NCBI GenBank assembly: GCA_951406725.2
Contig: OX597816.1
Span: 119,908,001-119,972,000, forward strand
Source: Octopus vulgaris
Taxonomy: Eukaryota
Length of the DNA: 64,000 bases
Direction of reading: 5' to 3'
Shown here: positions 1 to 11,858 of the stretch, piece by piece
Layout of the letters: each line of letters starts with the position of its first letter
Numbering within the stretch: the first letter of the stretch is position 1
The notes under the pieces: model-generated
What the model was told of the DNA's origin: nothing
The model's input: only the letters and a program-made list of their open reading frames with translations
Database searches by the model: none
Program-made: the position numbers and the translations under genes

Positions 1-900
1 TGTCCATTAAAAAAAATGTATACGTTATATATAATTTTATGCCTTACAACTGCATGTTTATATTTTATTCTATCATGTATTAGACACAAACGGGATAAAC
101 AATCGTATAGAGTCTCTCCGCATTCTCTAAGAAGATGCTTCCTTGTAAAGAGACAAGAAAAGCAATTATAAACATTTTTTAGGCGTAGAATTCTTAAAAT
201 TCAACTGGAAAAAAAGAAAAATGATATATTGAGTCTTAAAAAATATTATTATTTTAACGCTAGCAACATATGTAAATAGATTTCGAAATCGTAATATCAG
301 CTTGCATTAACTAAATTGAATGAAAATCCTTAATACAAAACTGCTTAGCGACTAGCAACGAACGACTCTGTAGAAATACAATAGTGTTAATGAGGAAAAC
401 ATACATGGTTCATAAAAAAAAAGAGCTAAATAAATAAATAAATGAAAAATATTGCAAGAACAGATGTATAATGGTATTACAACTGAGAATTAATATCAAC
501 GTGGTTGAAATAGGTGAGCCCTCTAACGTATGACGTGTGTTCTTATTTTGACAATAGCAATAATGATTTCTTTTATTGGCCTCAAGGGCCCAAGACATGG
601 AGAACAAATCGATTTTATTGCAAAGCTAAAGCGTATCGTGATGTAATTTAACAGGATTAAGGGGGAATTTACTAAGCGAATTCCAAAGACAAACAACAAT
701 GTCACCAATAATTTTGTTCCTGTACAAGCTGCGTAATCTAACTATTAATTATTGAATTTAAAGAATTAAATTTTGTCCATAATCAAAAAGTGGCAAACTG
801 AAAGATTAGACAGCGTGTTCATTCGCGTGTATATATTCTTTCGTTGGCTACTGGTTCGAATTCGAGAAGTTAAATTACTATTTAACCCAACACTAATACA

Positions 901-1090
901 TTTCAAAAAAATTTATTATCTTATAATCAGGGGAGGGAAGGCAGTACCTATGACCCTTTGCGGAGCATCTGAGTCAGACGGGAGGGAGGTATTCGCAGAT
1001 TGGAGACCTGACCCGAATGTTTGCTACAGCACTCTAAGTGTCAGTTGGTGATGTGGAACCGGGCGACAGATAAAGTAAAATAATGTTTCT
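901..1090. mobile_element. 190-bp insertion flanked by a 12-bp direct repeat (probable retroposed fragment)
   Basis: aacactaataca at 889-900 and 1091-1102, with a GC-richer core (930-1070) inside AT-rich flanks. Confidence 0.5.
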
Positions 1091-1660
1091 AACACTAATA
1101 CAATGGAATGAAATAGATTAAATCGAATTCGGTAATTACCTGACAGGTATTATCAACGACCCTTCTCCACCGATAAGAAAAGTCAAGTCGATCTCGGGTC
1201 GGATTTGAACTCAAAACGTGAAGAGACGCAACTAGAAAATTAGAGGTAATTAGTCCGGCACACCGCTGATTTTGATATTCACTGCCCTCAGTATAAAATA
1301 TCGTAAGGAATCTTACGAGGCAATAAAATTTACTTTCACTGTGAATAAAGGTTTCTTATGCACAGGACGGCAAATCTGTAAGAAAGGGGAATGGATGTTA
1401 TCACAAAAAATTAGCAGTTTAGGGTTCTTGGAATCAGCTAATCAATGTATTTTCGTCTTTAAATCATTTGTCAAAAACTAAATATAAATTCGTCCAGCAA
1501 ACTAAATCAATCTATACAAATCTAATCAAGAAATTAAATACTTAAATTTAGATCAATCGAGAAGTAATAAAGTGATTGAAAATAAGTTTTTTTTTCAATT
1601 AAACTAAAAAGAAAAAAGAGAAGAGAAATGAAAATGAAAGATAGGTATTCGTAACTTTCC

Positions 1661-1677
1661 CATGCGCATTAATGGCG
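1661..1677. promoter_or_regulatory. Possible promoter motifs (NRF1-like ATGCGCAT, YY1-like AATGGCG) in a CpG-retaining region
   Basis: catgcgcattaatggcg. Bases 1-2500 visibly keep more CpG than the rest of the window. No linked gene identified. Confidence 0.25.
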
Positions 1678-2473
1678 AAAGTGAAATAAAATAGCGCAAA
1701 TGAGAAACAAACTGTGCTGCGAGTTCAGCTCACTGAGCTTTATAGTTTTATCTGAAATTAACAGTGAAAGTATTTTTAAAAAATCTAAATTTAGATTTCA
1801 AATATGTTTTATTATACTTGTTTATACTAAAAGAAATATATACAAAACGGATTTTTTGCAGTAGAGTTTTCAAACGAAAACTAATGAGTTCTCATCGACC
1901 ATATCACCGGCGGTGTCAGCTATAAATTTGTTCATTTTATTAAAAAAGGCCAAATTTGGTTCCGCATCAAATTTCATTTCTGTTTCACTCGTTTCGCTAG
2001 TTGATTTCTTTCTCTTTTCTTTCTTTCTTGAATTGGCGTATAAAGTTAACAAACCGATATTTTAATATATCAATAGTTGAAAAACATAAAATAACATTAG
2101 TCGAATTTTAAATGTGCTATCAATATCTCATATTGCTTTTATTTTTGCCTGTATTGCTAAATTGTATCCCAAATCCTTTCTAACAATGAATTGTTAGGCT
2201 AAATAAGCATCAGAAAACATTATTACTCATTACGAAAATAAAGTAGATTCAACTTCGTTTTCACAACACTTCCTAAATTTAGCATATTTGTTTAGTTACT
2301 TCCTTCCGCCTTGAGACTTGAGTGGATAAGACAGATATAGGCTTGTGAAAGGAATTGCTGCTGTTATCAGTTCACAGCAATTGCCAGCGTTATGCTCTTT
2401 CTTTTCCTCTGAACTTATTGCAAGCCTCGCTGTTCGTATCAGTCTTATCGAGCCCAAAACGGAGACTTCACAC

Positions 2474-3775
2474 CAATAGTTCTCAACCAGGGCCCATATT
2501 ATCCTTGGGGGTCTATATAAAAGTTTCTGAAATTTATGTGCAATAAGTTGATATTCTACAATATTCAAGATGTTTTTACAATTTTAAAAATTCAATCTCT
2601 CTATATATAAAACTGAGAATGTGTGTCTGTCTGTGTGTTTCCCTAAAACTTGAGAACTACACAACCAATTTTATTCAAATTTTACACATGCCTGGGGAGT
2701 GCCATCGGCAAAAAAAATGTTCAACTTTTTGCCTAGGGCGAGCCCACAGCAATATCATATCTCCTCCACTACGATTCCCTAAAACTTGAGAACTACACAA
2801 CCAATTTCATTCAAATTTTACACATGCCTTACTTAGGGTCCATGTAGTTTCATGGGCAAAAAAAATGTTTAACTTCTTGCCTAGAGCTAGCCCATAGCAA
2901 TATCATATCTTCCCCACTATTTCAGTAATACGTGTTAAAAGTGAAACAAAAACATTTCTCTATTTTATGTCAGATACTTTCACTTTAAAAATAAAAATTA
3001 GAGATAATAACAACAATTGAATTATATGTAGTAAGTAATAATTAAAATCAAACTAAAGTATAATATAATCGTAACATAACAAAAGTAAAAATAGCAATTG
3101 GTATAAAATTGCATCAATGACTTGAACTTGAATAAGTGGTTTCACATGAATAGGAATAAATTAAAAATAAAATTAGCGTGCAGAAATGAAATAGTCCAGA
3201 TGGACTATTATACATAAAGGACTATATCTAACCAGAGGCGATAAATTCGCCACAATAGAAGCAAGGTTTGAGTCAACAGAGCGTGCAAGGGAGTACTTAA
3301 CTCGAACCTTGCAAAGTGGAAATATTTTATTTTCACCTTTATATTTGGGGCGTAGGACGTCCCGGATAAAAATTATAAATGTCTCCCCAGAAGTAGAGGT
3401 AGGCTGGATTGTAGCCACACTTCTATACGAGAGGGAGGACAAGATACAATTGATCGAAATTGTAAGAGACGGGCCTACAATTCCAGTCTGTTATATATTT
3501 TTAGTATTGTTATCACTAGCGATATCAAGATATAACTTTGTATTTTGTATTTTATGTGTAGGTGTATATATATAGATGTACATGTAATATGTACACATAT
3601 ATATACACATATATACATGCACTAGCACTATGACCCGGCAACAACGGGTCATAATGCTAGTTCTTAATAATATTTTATTATGAAAATATAATAGGCTCTT
3701 TTAAACATCAAATAATAATGAAAGTCTGCCTTAGTAAAACAAGAATCAAAGGTAAAAAAATATTGAGAACTAATG
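2474..3775. mobile_element. hAT-type MITE interrupted by a Helitron
   Basis: Ends caatagttctcaacc ... ttgagaactaatg resemble CAGTGGTTCTCAA TIRs. Confidence 0.55.
2596..3660 (+). mobile_element. Non-autonomous Helitron
   Basis: 5' TC (tctctctatatataaa) after an A. 3' hairpin tatgacccg-gcaacaa-cgggtcata (3629-3653), then CTAG (3657-3660) followed by T. A|T insertion with no TSD. Internal ~137-bp tandem duplication. Confidence 0.85.
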
Positions 3776-4439
3776 CTCTACATAATGCTGGAGAACTAAT
3801 ACTCTACAACGCTTGACCTGCAAGAAATAGCAGTCCAAACTCCCTTAAACTACACCCAGCTGTTTTGAACACAACACGTAGACTAATGTAGTTTTGAGAT
3901 TTTACACTAAGGAAAAAGACTAAATGGGTCACAACCGGAGTACCTATAATCGTAGGACCTCTCTATAAGAGTTGACTTGAATCTATAAAAAAACTAAATA
4001 GATAAAAAAAAAACAGGAAAAACATTAGGCTTATCATCATTGACAGGAAGAATATTGCAACTTAAAGTGATTACCCTTAACATGAAGAATTTGTTGCCTA
4101 TATGGGCATGCATGATCTAGAAGAATGAATACATTTCATTTTTGAGAGTTGAGGTGGGAAGAAATAGCTTTCTGTTATTACACCTACAAATTATGATAAC
4201 AACAAAAAGTTCCAACACTTTGAAAGGTAAACTTTCTTGGGGAACTGATTATAAATACTTCACTAGTTTTGCCTTATCTGCTTTAGTGTTGGAGATACAG
4301 TGAATTCTTACGTGTGCTTCTGTACCTACTCCTGTACCAAAATTAGGGACACTTATTGAAACTTACTTCAGTTTTGGTGACTTACTTTGTCAATAACATT
4401 GTCATATCAATTCTTGAAGATTCTCCAAATGCAGAAAGT

Positions 4440-5130
4440 AGCTGTCAGTAAGGTGAGGGTTGGCAACAAGCATAACAATGAATTCAGAGTACAAATAAAA
4501 GGTCACTAAAGATCAGTTCTCAGCCCCCTGTTGTTCATCATAGTCCTCCAGGCAATAACAGAGGAATTTAAGTCAAGCTGCCCCTGGGAGCTCCTCTGTG
4601 TCAACGACCTTGTTCTTATTGCTGAATCACTACCAGAACTAGTGAAGAAATTTCAGGTGTAGATGTGGTATGCAAGAGAGACAGCTGCACTGATGTAGTC
4701 ATGTGATGTGTATAGATGAGGACAGCTGTATAAAGAAGTGCCTGTCTCTAACTGTGGAGGGAACCTGTGGAAGAAATAGACCCAGGAAAACTTAGGATGA
4801 GGTGGTGAAGCACAATCTTTGACAGTTGGCTCTCATGGAGGCAATGACAAGTAATCAAGATCTTGGGCAATTTGCTAGGCTTGAGAAGACTTGTCAACTG
4901 AAATCATAGTTGTGGGCAGTGTCGGTGACACATAATTACACTCATGTCAGTGACATGTAAAAGGCACCCACTACACTCTTGAAGTGGTTGACATTAGGAA
5001 GGGCATCCAGCTATAGAAACGAAGCCAAAATCAGACTGGTACCTAATGGGAAGAAAGTGGGAAATTCCAGTAAAACCATGTAATCCAAGCCAGCATGGAA
5101 AGCAAACACTACATGATAATGATGATGTTG
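4440..5130 (+). mobile_element. Degenerate RTE LINE 3' fragment with internal deletion
   Basis: Homologous to 57274-58675 (LSPLLFIIVLQAITEEF, CPWELL), then jumps to the ORF end and the aggaagggcatccag tail ending in (gat)n. Confidence 0.8.
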
Positions 5131-5329
5131 ATTAACTAAACACTCACTGTTTTAACCAACGTGAATTGAACAATCTTGTCAGAGATATGAACTTCTCAAA
5201 GGAGTTTTCTGATTGAATGAAAAGAATTTATTTCATTCTGGGACTAAGACTACATTTTATGTGTTTCTTGTAACAAAAATAAAAAATTAAGAAAGAAATG
5301 ATGTCAGATGCCTTTTGAAGGAAATAGGT

Positions 5330-5860
5330 ATTTTGGAATATATGCCATGTAAACGGTGGCTTTTCATCGACAGCTCTAAGCTCTAAGCAAAGTTTAAAAT
5401 GTATCATTTTACACACTGACAACAAATATGACTCAGTTCTAACTGGTCGCAGTACCAGTTTGAAAGAAGAGTACAAGATAATCCCTTGTGTCTTAGAGAT
5501 GATGTGTCATGAGCACCATTGAGTGGTTTCTGTAAACCTAAAGATGGTAGGTTTTCTCTTTCATAAGCAAGGCACTAAATAGCTAAATGTTTTTCCGTCT
5601 TTGGAACAGCAGAGCAAAAGATGACCAAAGAATGGTGTTTGAGAGAAAATATGATAGCAGGAGAAAAATTGTTTTCAATGATCTTTTGGTTAATCGAGAG
5701 AAAAATAAAATCATCACACCAATATCACATATCAAACTTGTACTGATAAAACAATTTGCAAAAGCTTTAAACAAAGAAAGTGTCTGTTTTGCCTATTTGT
5801 GCAGTAGATGCACTGGATTGAGTACAGAAACATAAAATAGGAATATTTTTATGTCTCACA
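5330..5860 (+). mobile_element. Decayed DNA transposase, CMC/Chapaev3-like
   Basis: Recognisable remnants LFIDSSK..SLKC..LH, LWNSRAK and HIKLVLIKQFAKALNKESVCFAYLC (recalled family consensus HIKLGLMKQFVKAL). Frameshifted. Family name is from memory. Confidence 0.6.
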
Positions 5861-6924
5861 AGATAACAGAACTGATAAAAAAATTCACATTTCATAGATT
5901 CAATGAATAACACTGCATTCTGTACCTGGTCTTGGTTTGTTCTAGTTGTTTTTCACATAATCGCAAACTCAGTAGCCTAGAATTTTGAGATCCTTTGTAG
6001 AAACTTCCCGCCCAGCATAGATTCTACTAAATATCTAGAATGAACACTGTTAAGCTGTCATACTCACCCCTTTGAACCTAGGGTCTCTAATTACCATCTC
6101 TATCAGATTTAAGCTAAAAGGCTGAACAAATGGGATTCTGCATCCAACAGTGCATAGAGATCCCTCACCCACCCATCTTAAGTGTAAGGGTATTGACAAC
6201 ACCACTTGCTGACAACCAGAGCAATGTGCTAGTGATGTCTCCATCTTTAATGTATGCGACACCACCAGGCTGGCAGCATCATCACCTACCACCACCATCC
6301 AGGACGCTATCATAGCTGGGGTCCATCCCACCCCACTTACCATCACCTGACGAAATGGGAGCCTGTAAACTCTCCCATTTTAGGATTAAATGCATGTACC
6401 TGTAGGACCTCTAAAACCTACCCACTGAACAGGTACTGTATGAGGGAAAACATAGTCTATAAATGGATAGAGTAACACATAATTCTATTAGGTACTACAC
6501 TGGATCCACAGCTGGTCTCATTAAAAGTAGGATTTCTGCATACCTACACTCATCTAACAATGACAAACATCAGCTCTCTATATCTCTTGTCAAATTTAAA
6601 ATCAGTTGGCTGATTATCAACATGACCCCACCTTACTGACCTTTGCCAGTGCCATCATTATAGCAAATGACCCATTCCTACTCAATAAGTACAATGAGCT
6701 GGTAATTAATTGAAAACACTGCTTGAAATGCCTACTTAACATTTAATACAGAGTAGTCTGTACCTTTATATGAGAATCCCCCCCCCCCTTTTCCTTTCAC
6801 TCTCCATCTTTAACTGGACCTGTGTATCTAGTGCACTGCTTGCTACAGGTTGGAATTATTACTGAGGTTTTATTGATGCACTATAGTCCTCCTCCTCCCT
6901 CTCCTCCTCCTTCTTCTTCTTCTT

Positions 6925-8225
6925 CTTTACGCTCTGAGTTCAAATTCCGCCAAGGTCGACTTTGCCTTTCATCCTTTCGGGTTCGATAAATTAAGTACCA
7001 GTCAAGCACTGGGGTTGATGTGATCGACTTACTCCATCCCCACAAAGATTTCAAGAAGGATTATTATTATTATTATTATTATTAAGGTGGCAAGCTGGCA
7101 GAATTGTTAGCATGCCAGACAAAATGCTTAGCAGCATTTTATCCAGCCTTACATTCTGAATTCACATTCCACTGAGGTTGACTTTGCATTTCATCCTTTC
7201 AGGGTTGATAAAATATGTACCAGTTATTCACTGGGGTTGATGAAATAATTACCCGTTATGTACTGGTAGTCCCCTCCCCTAAAAGTTTCAGGCCTTGTAC
7301 CTATAGTAGAAAGGATTATTATTATTATTATTATTAAGATAGAAAGCTGATAGAACTGTTAGCACATTGGGCAAAATGCTTAGTGGAATTTCATTCATCT
7401 TTATGTTCTGAGTTCAAATTTTGTCAAGGTCAACCTTGCCTTTTATCTTTTCAGGTTTGAGGTCAATGTATTGAGACCAATGTATTGACTTTCACCTCCC
7501 TTCAAAATCTGCTGGCTCTGTGTCAAAATTTGAAAAAATTATTATTATTGTTGTTGTAGTTGTTGTCATTATTATTGTTATTATTGTTGTTACTGACACT
7601 ATTTACTATTTTGTATTATATCAATTTGCTGTCATAGGTCAACTTTGACTTTCGTCCTTTCAGGGTCAATAGAATAAGTACCAGTTGTACACTGGGGTCG
7701 ATGTAATAATCTTAATCCCTCCTCTGAATTTGCTGGCCTTGTACCAAAATTTGAAATCATTATTATTACTATTATCAAGGTAGTGAGCTGGCAGAATCGT
7801 TAGCATGCCAAGCGAAATGCTTAACAGTATTTCGTCTGTCACTACTTACTGAATTCAAATTCCAACAAGGTCATCTTTGCCTTTCATCCTTTTATGTTCA
7901 ATTAAATAAGTACCAGCTATGCACTGGGGTCAATGTAATCGATTATCCCCCCAAATTTCAGGCCTATAGTAGAAAGGATCATTATTATTATTATTATTAT
8001 TATTATTGTGATGAAGTAGCAGAATCATTTGCATATCACACAATGCTCAACTTTATTTCTTGCAATTTTCTATGTTCTGTGTTAAAATTCTACTGATGTC
8101 AACTTTACCTTTCATTCTTTCAGAGCTGATGAAGTAAGTACCAGTTGAGTAATGGAGTTCATGTAGTCATCTTGCACCCTCCTACAAAATTTCAGGCCTT
8201 GTGCCTAAAGTAGAAAAAATTATTG
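6925..8225 (+). repeat. Head-to-tail array of ~6 tRNA-derived SINE copies (Meta-domain-like core) separated by (ATT)n
   Basis: Recurring gagttcaaattccgccaaggtcgactttgcctttcatcctttcggg...aagtaccag...ggggtcgat. Confidence 0.85.
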
Positions 8226-8293
8226 TCATTATCATTGTAGTAATTCTTGTTATACATATTATATATACTTGATAATACTATCAAGTACAATAC

Positions 8294-8354
<61 letters not shown>

Positions 8355-8355
<1 letters not shown>

Positions 8356-8935
8356 AAGTGGCCTAGTAGTTAGGGTGTTGCATTCATGATCATGAGATTT
8401 TGGTTTCGATTCCTGGACCAGGTGAATGCACATTGTCACACATCACTCTGCAATCCCTTTGACATCTAATGTGAGGCACACCATGTCCCTTTAACAGATA
8501 ACAGTGATTTAATGAAGAGAGTGAACCAATGTGCAGCACAAACTTTTGATCACTGTAAACCAGTGGTTTTCAAACATTTTTTTTTACCTATAGACCCCTT
8601 TGATCACTATTTTACCCTGTTGGACTCCCATAGCCATTTGATGTTTAAAAACTAGTTTAAAAGATACTTCTTTCAAAATTCCTATTGTTTGTCACACATT
8701 AACTTTTGTAGGTTGAACTATGTAAAACATTAAAGAAACAAATTTTGCTGTTTCTTTCAATAAATATATCTAGGGCAAAATTTTTTCATGGACCCATAAT
8801 AAACAACTGTGGGTCCCCAGTTTACTATTTTGCTTGTGTAGGCCCCTAAGAAATCTTATATAGACCCTGGTTGAGAATCACTACTATAAGGAAATCATCT
8901 GTGCAGGTTGTTCAGTTTATAACAAACACTAGCTG
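8355..8935 (+). mobile_element. tRNA-headed SINE interrupted by a hAT MITE (second copy at 11377-11640)
   Basis: A box tggcctagtag and B box gtttcgattcc. Body matches the uninterrupted copy at 11377-11640. Confidence 0.7.
8561..8883. mobile_element. hAT-type MITE
   Basis: TIR-like cagtggttttcaa ... ttgagaatcacta. Absent from the paralogous SINE near 11570. Confidence 0.7.
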
Positions 8936-9385
8936 TACTTTGTGTATAACCTCTGAGATGTCTTACCTACCATCTAGATGTATTGTCTACTCACTTACCT
9001 ATCTTACCTGCCATAAGGTCATGTAAGTATGACTTATGTACTCACATTCAGGTTGGCGGCTAACCCTTGTTCTTACCAACATCAGACGACTTCTAAGAGC
9101 CCTGATCACCCACCACCACCACCAAATGCTCCCATTTCCTGTTCCCCTTCTTCCCACTGGCCTATGGTTACTGCATATCTGTAATATGTATCCCTCATTT
9201 GTCTGAAGAAGCATTTGGATTGATTATGCACGCTGCACTTATGAGGTGCACATAAAGATTGCATTTATAGTGTATCATCATATGTTATCGAATATTGAAA
9301 CATATGTACTAGATGAAATAAAAGAATACCAAGTTCAAGCCCATGTTCTGTTCTCTCATTATGCAATTATGTGCGCGCGCGCGCG

Positions 9386-9417
<32 letters not shown>

Positions 9418-9640
9418 CTTTATTTTAAGCAGCAGAAAATTCAACAAAATCTGTTACTCTGAGTTTCTCGTTGCCGTTCATCAGACAGTTTTTAAAACTG
9501 TCTGATGAACGGCAACGAGAAACTCAGAGTAACAGATTTTGTTGAATTTTCTGCTGCTTAAAATAAAGCATATTACTCTACCACTGGTATTTGAGTACTC
9601 TTTTTTCCACCTTGTTTCACATTTATGTGTTTACTCCGGT
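9418..9640. mobile_element. Penelope-like element terminal fragment forming a perfect 151-bp palindrome
   Basis: 9418-9492 is the exact reverse complement of 9494-9568. Degenerate relatives at ~10295-10430 and ~12905-13100. Confidence 0.8.
9498..9535 (+). ncRNA. Minimal type-I hammerhead ribozyme motif (mirror copy on - strand at 9451-9488)
   Basis: ctgt CTGATGA acg-gcaa-cga GAAA ctc-a-gag TA acag. Stem I ctgt/acag, GUA cleavage triplet. Closing pair of stem II is mismatched. Confidence 0.75.
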
Positions 9641-10544
9641 ATATATATATATATATATATAGGTATTTTGACTGCGAACTATTGCTACTGCTGTTTACAT
9701 TTGCTTACGGAGTAGGAAATGAAGAAAGAGGTAAAGAGAAAGATAGGGAGTGATAGGAGAGAGGGTGAATATTTTCTGTAAGGGGAGAGAACCGCTTCAG
9801 GGTTTATTGAAAGTAACTTACACTTTATTTCTCTTTTTGTCGATATTAATGTCGATATTAATGTCTTTATTTCGTAAACACAATATCTGCAAACTTCTCT
9901 CTCATTCTTTTACACTTTCACTTTCTTTTCTCTCTCTCTATCTCACTACTACCTCTTGATTATTAACGCTAATCTACATGACTCTCTCTCTATTATATCA
10001 TACGTCGTCTTCATATACATCACTACTACTCATAATTTCTTTTTCATATCTTACATCTCCTTTCCACCTCTCTATACTACAAAACGAAAATGATTTTTCT
10101 GTATGTGTATACCGGAGTTGAAAAAATTGATGTTCTGTTGAACTGAAGCGCTAACCTTCTTTAGCTGCATTGATTTGCACTATTGTAATTTATAGTATAC
10201 ATACTAGTGCAGACATGTAAAATAATTTATTATAGACTAAAATAAATCATTTTTGTATGATGTTCACTGTAAAATGGCCATCATCCTATGGATATCGACT
10301 ATCCAACAAACGGGAATGTGAAACTGAGTAACAGTTTTGTGATTATTTTCCAGCTTTAATAAAAAGTATATTACTCTACCTTTGGTATTTGAGTACTATT
10401 TTTTCCATCTTGTTTTGCACGTATGTGCTCATATGCGTGTGTGTGTGTATATAAAGAAAGTCAGGAGGTATGATATGAATATATATATATATATGAATTT
10501 GTGTTACAAAATTCCTGATGTGAAACTGTTTTGAAACATATATT

Positions 10545-11128
10545 CTTTTCTACTCTAGGCACAAGGCCTGAAATTTTTGGGGAGTGGGAGGCAGTCGATT
10601 AGATCAACCTCAGTATACAACTGATACTTAATTTATCAACCTCGAAAAGATGAATGGCAAAGTCGACCTTGGCGGTGTTTGAACTCAGAACATAAAGACA
10701 GACGAAATACCTATTTCTTTATTGCCCACAAGGGGCTACACACAGAGGAGACAAACAAGGACAGACAAACGGATTAAGTCGATTATATCGACCCCAGTGC
10801 GTAACTGGTACTTATTTAATCGACCCTGAAAGGATAAAAGGCAAAGTCGACCTCGGCGGAATTTGAACTCAGAACGTAGCGGCAGACGAAATACCTATTT
10901 CTTTACTACCCACAAGGGGCTAAACACAGAATGAGACAAGCAAGGACAGACAAACGGATTAAGTCGATTACATCGACACCAGTGCATAACTAGCACTTAA
11001 TTTATCGACCCCGAAAGGATGAAAGGCAAAGTCGACCTTGGCGGAATTTGAATTCAGAATGTAACGGCAGACGAAATGCTGCTAAGCATTTTGCCCAGCG
11101 TGCTAATGTTTCTGCCAGCTTGTCGCCT
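10545..11128 (-). repeat. Three to four tandem/nested copies of the Meta-like SINE
   Basis: ~184-bp unit repeated, with junctions at gacgaaatac|ctatttcttt. Confidence 0.85.
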
Positions 11129-11137
11129 TGTTGAAAC

Positions 11138-11357
11138 AGATATTGCTGTATTTCAGGATGGTCATTTTTTTTTTGCCAGATAAACACATGCACTGTATAT
11201 TTGTTCTTCACTCATTTATTACTGTTCTTATTTTAACGTCCATGGACAATGGACATGAGTGAAAATAAGAACAGTACTAAATGAGTGAAGAACGAATATA
11301 TAGTGTGTGTGTTTATTTGGCAAAAAAGTAAAATGACCGTCCCAAAATACAATATCT
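11138..11357. repeat. Imperfect ~220-bp inverted repeat
   Basis: ttcttcactcatttattactgttcttatttt pairs with aaaataagaacagtactaaatgagtgaagaa, and the outer arms also pair. Confidence 0.75.
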
Positions 11358-11778
11358 ATATAAGCATCTAGTAAGGGCGCATGGCCTAGTATTTAAGGTG
11401 TTGCACTCACGAACTAATGACCATGATTTCAATTCCTAGACCGGGTGGTGCATTGTGCTCTTGCAATCAGATCTACACCTGATGTATGGTACACTGTGAA
11501 CCTGTTCAGACAACATCGATTTGATGAAGAGGGTGAGCTAATGTGTGGCATGAACACTCAATCATTATAAACAAATCATTTGTGCAGGTTGTTCGGCAAA
11601 ATCTGAACAGTCATACATCATCTTCGACAAAAGAGTCCATCATATAAGCATCTATCTATCTATCTATCTATATATATATATATATAATATTTATTTTTAT
11701 TTCATTGTTATTGGATAACTAATTGCTTGTTCACATTTATCATGCAACATCAAGGCAAGGAGACAGTAACATACACAC

Positions 11779-11858
<80 letters not shown>

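Noticed and set aside
930-1070. Telomerase RNA, RNase P, 7SK or HDV-like ribozyme
   Set aside because: No telomeric template upstream, no RNase P P4 motifs, and the HDV-like gucagg..ucugcgaa segment has no room for P2/P3.
1870-2052. 60-aa protein-like ORF on the minus strand
   Set aside because: TTG start, no splice acceptor, no recognisable homology.
8355-8420. tRNA genes (also ~11377 and ~13315)
   Set aside because: A/B-box-like heads without a complete cloverleaf, continuing into SINE bodies.
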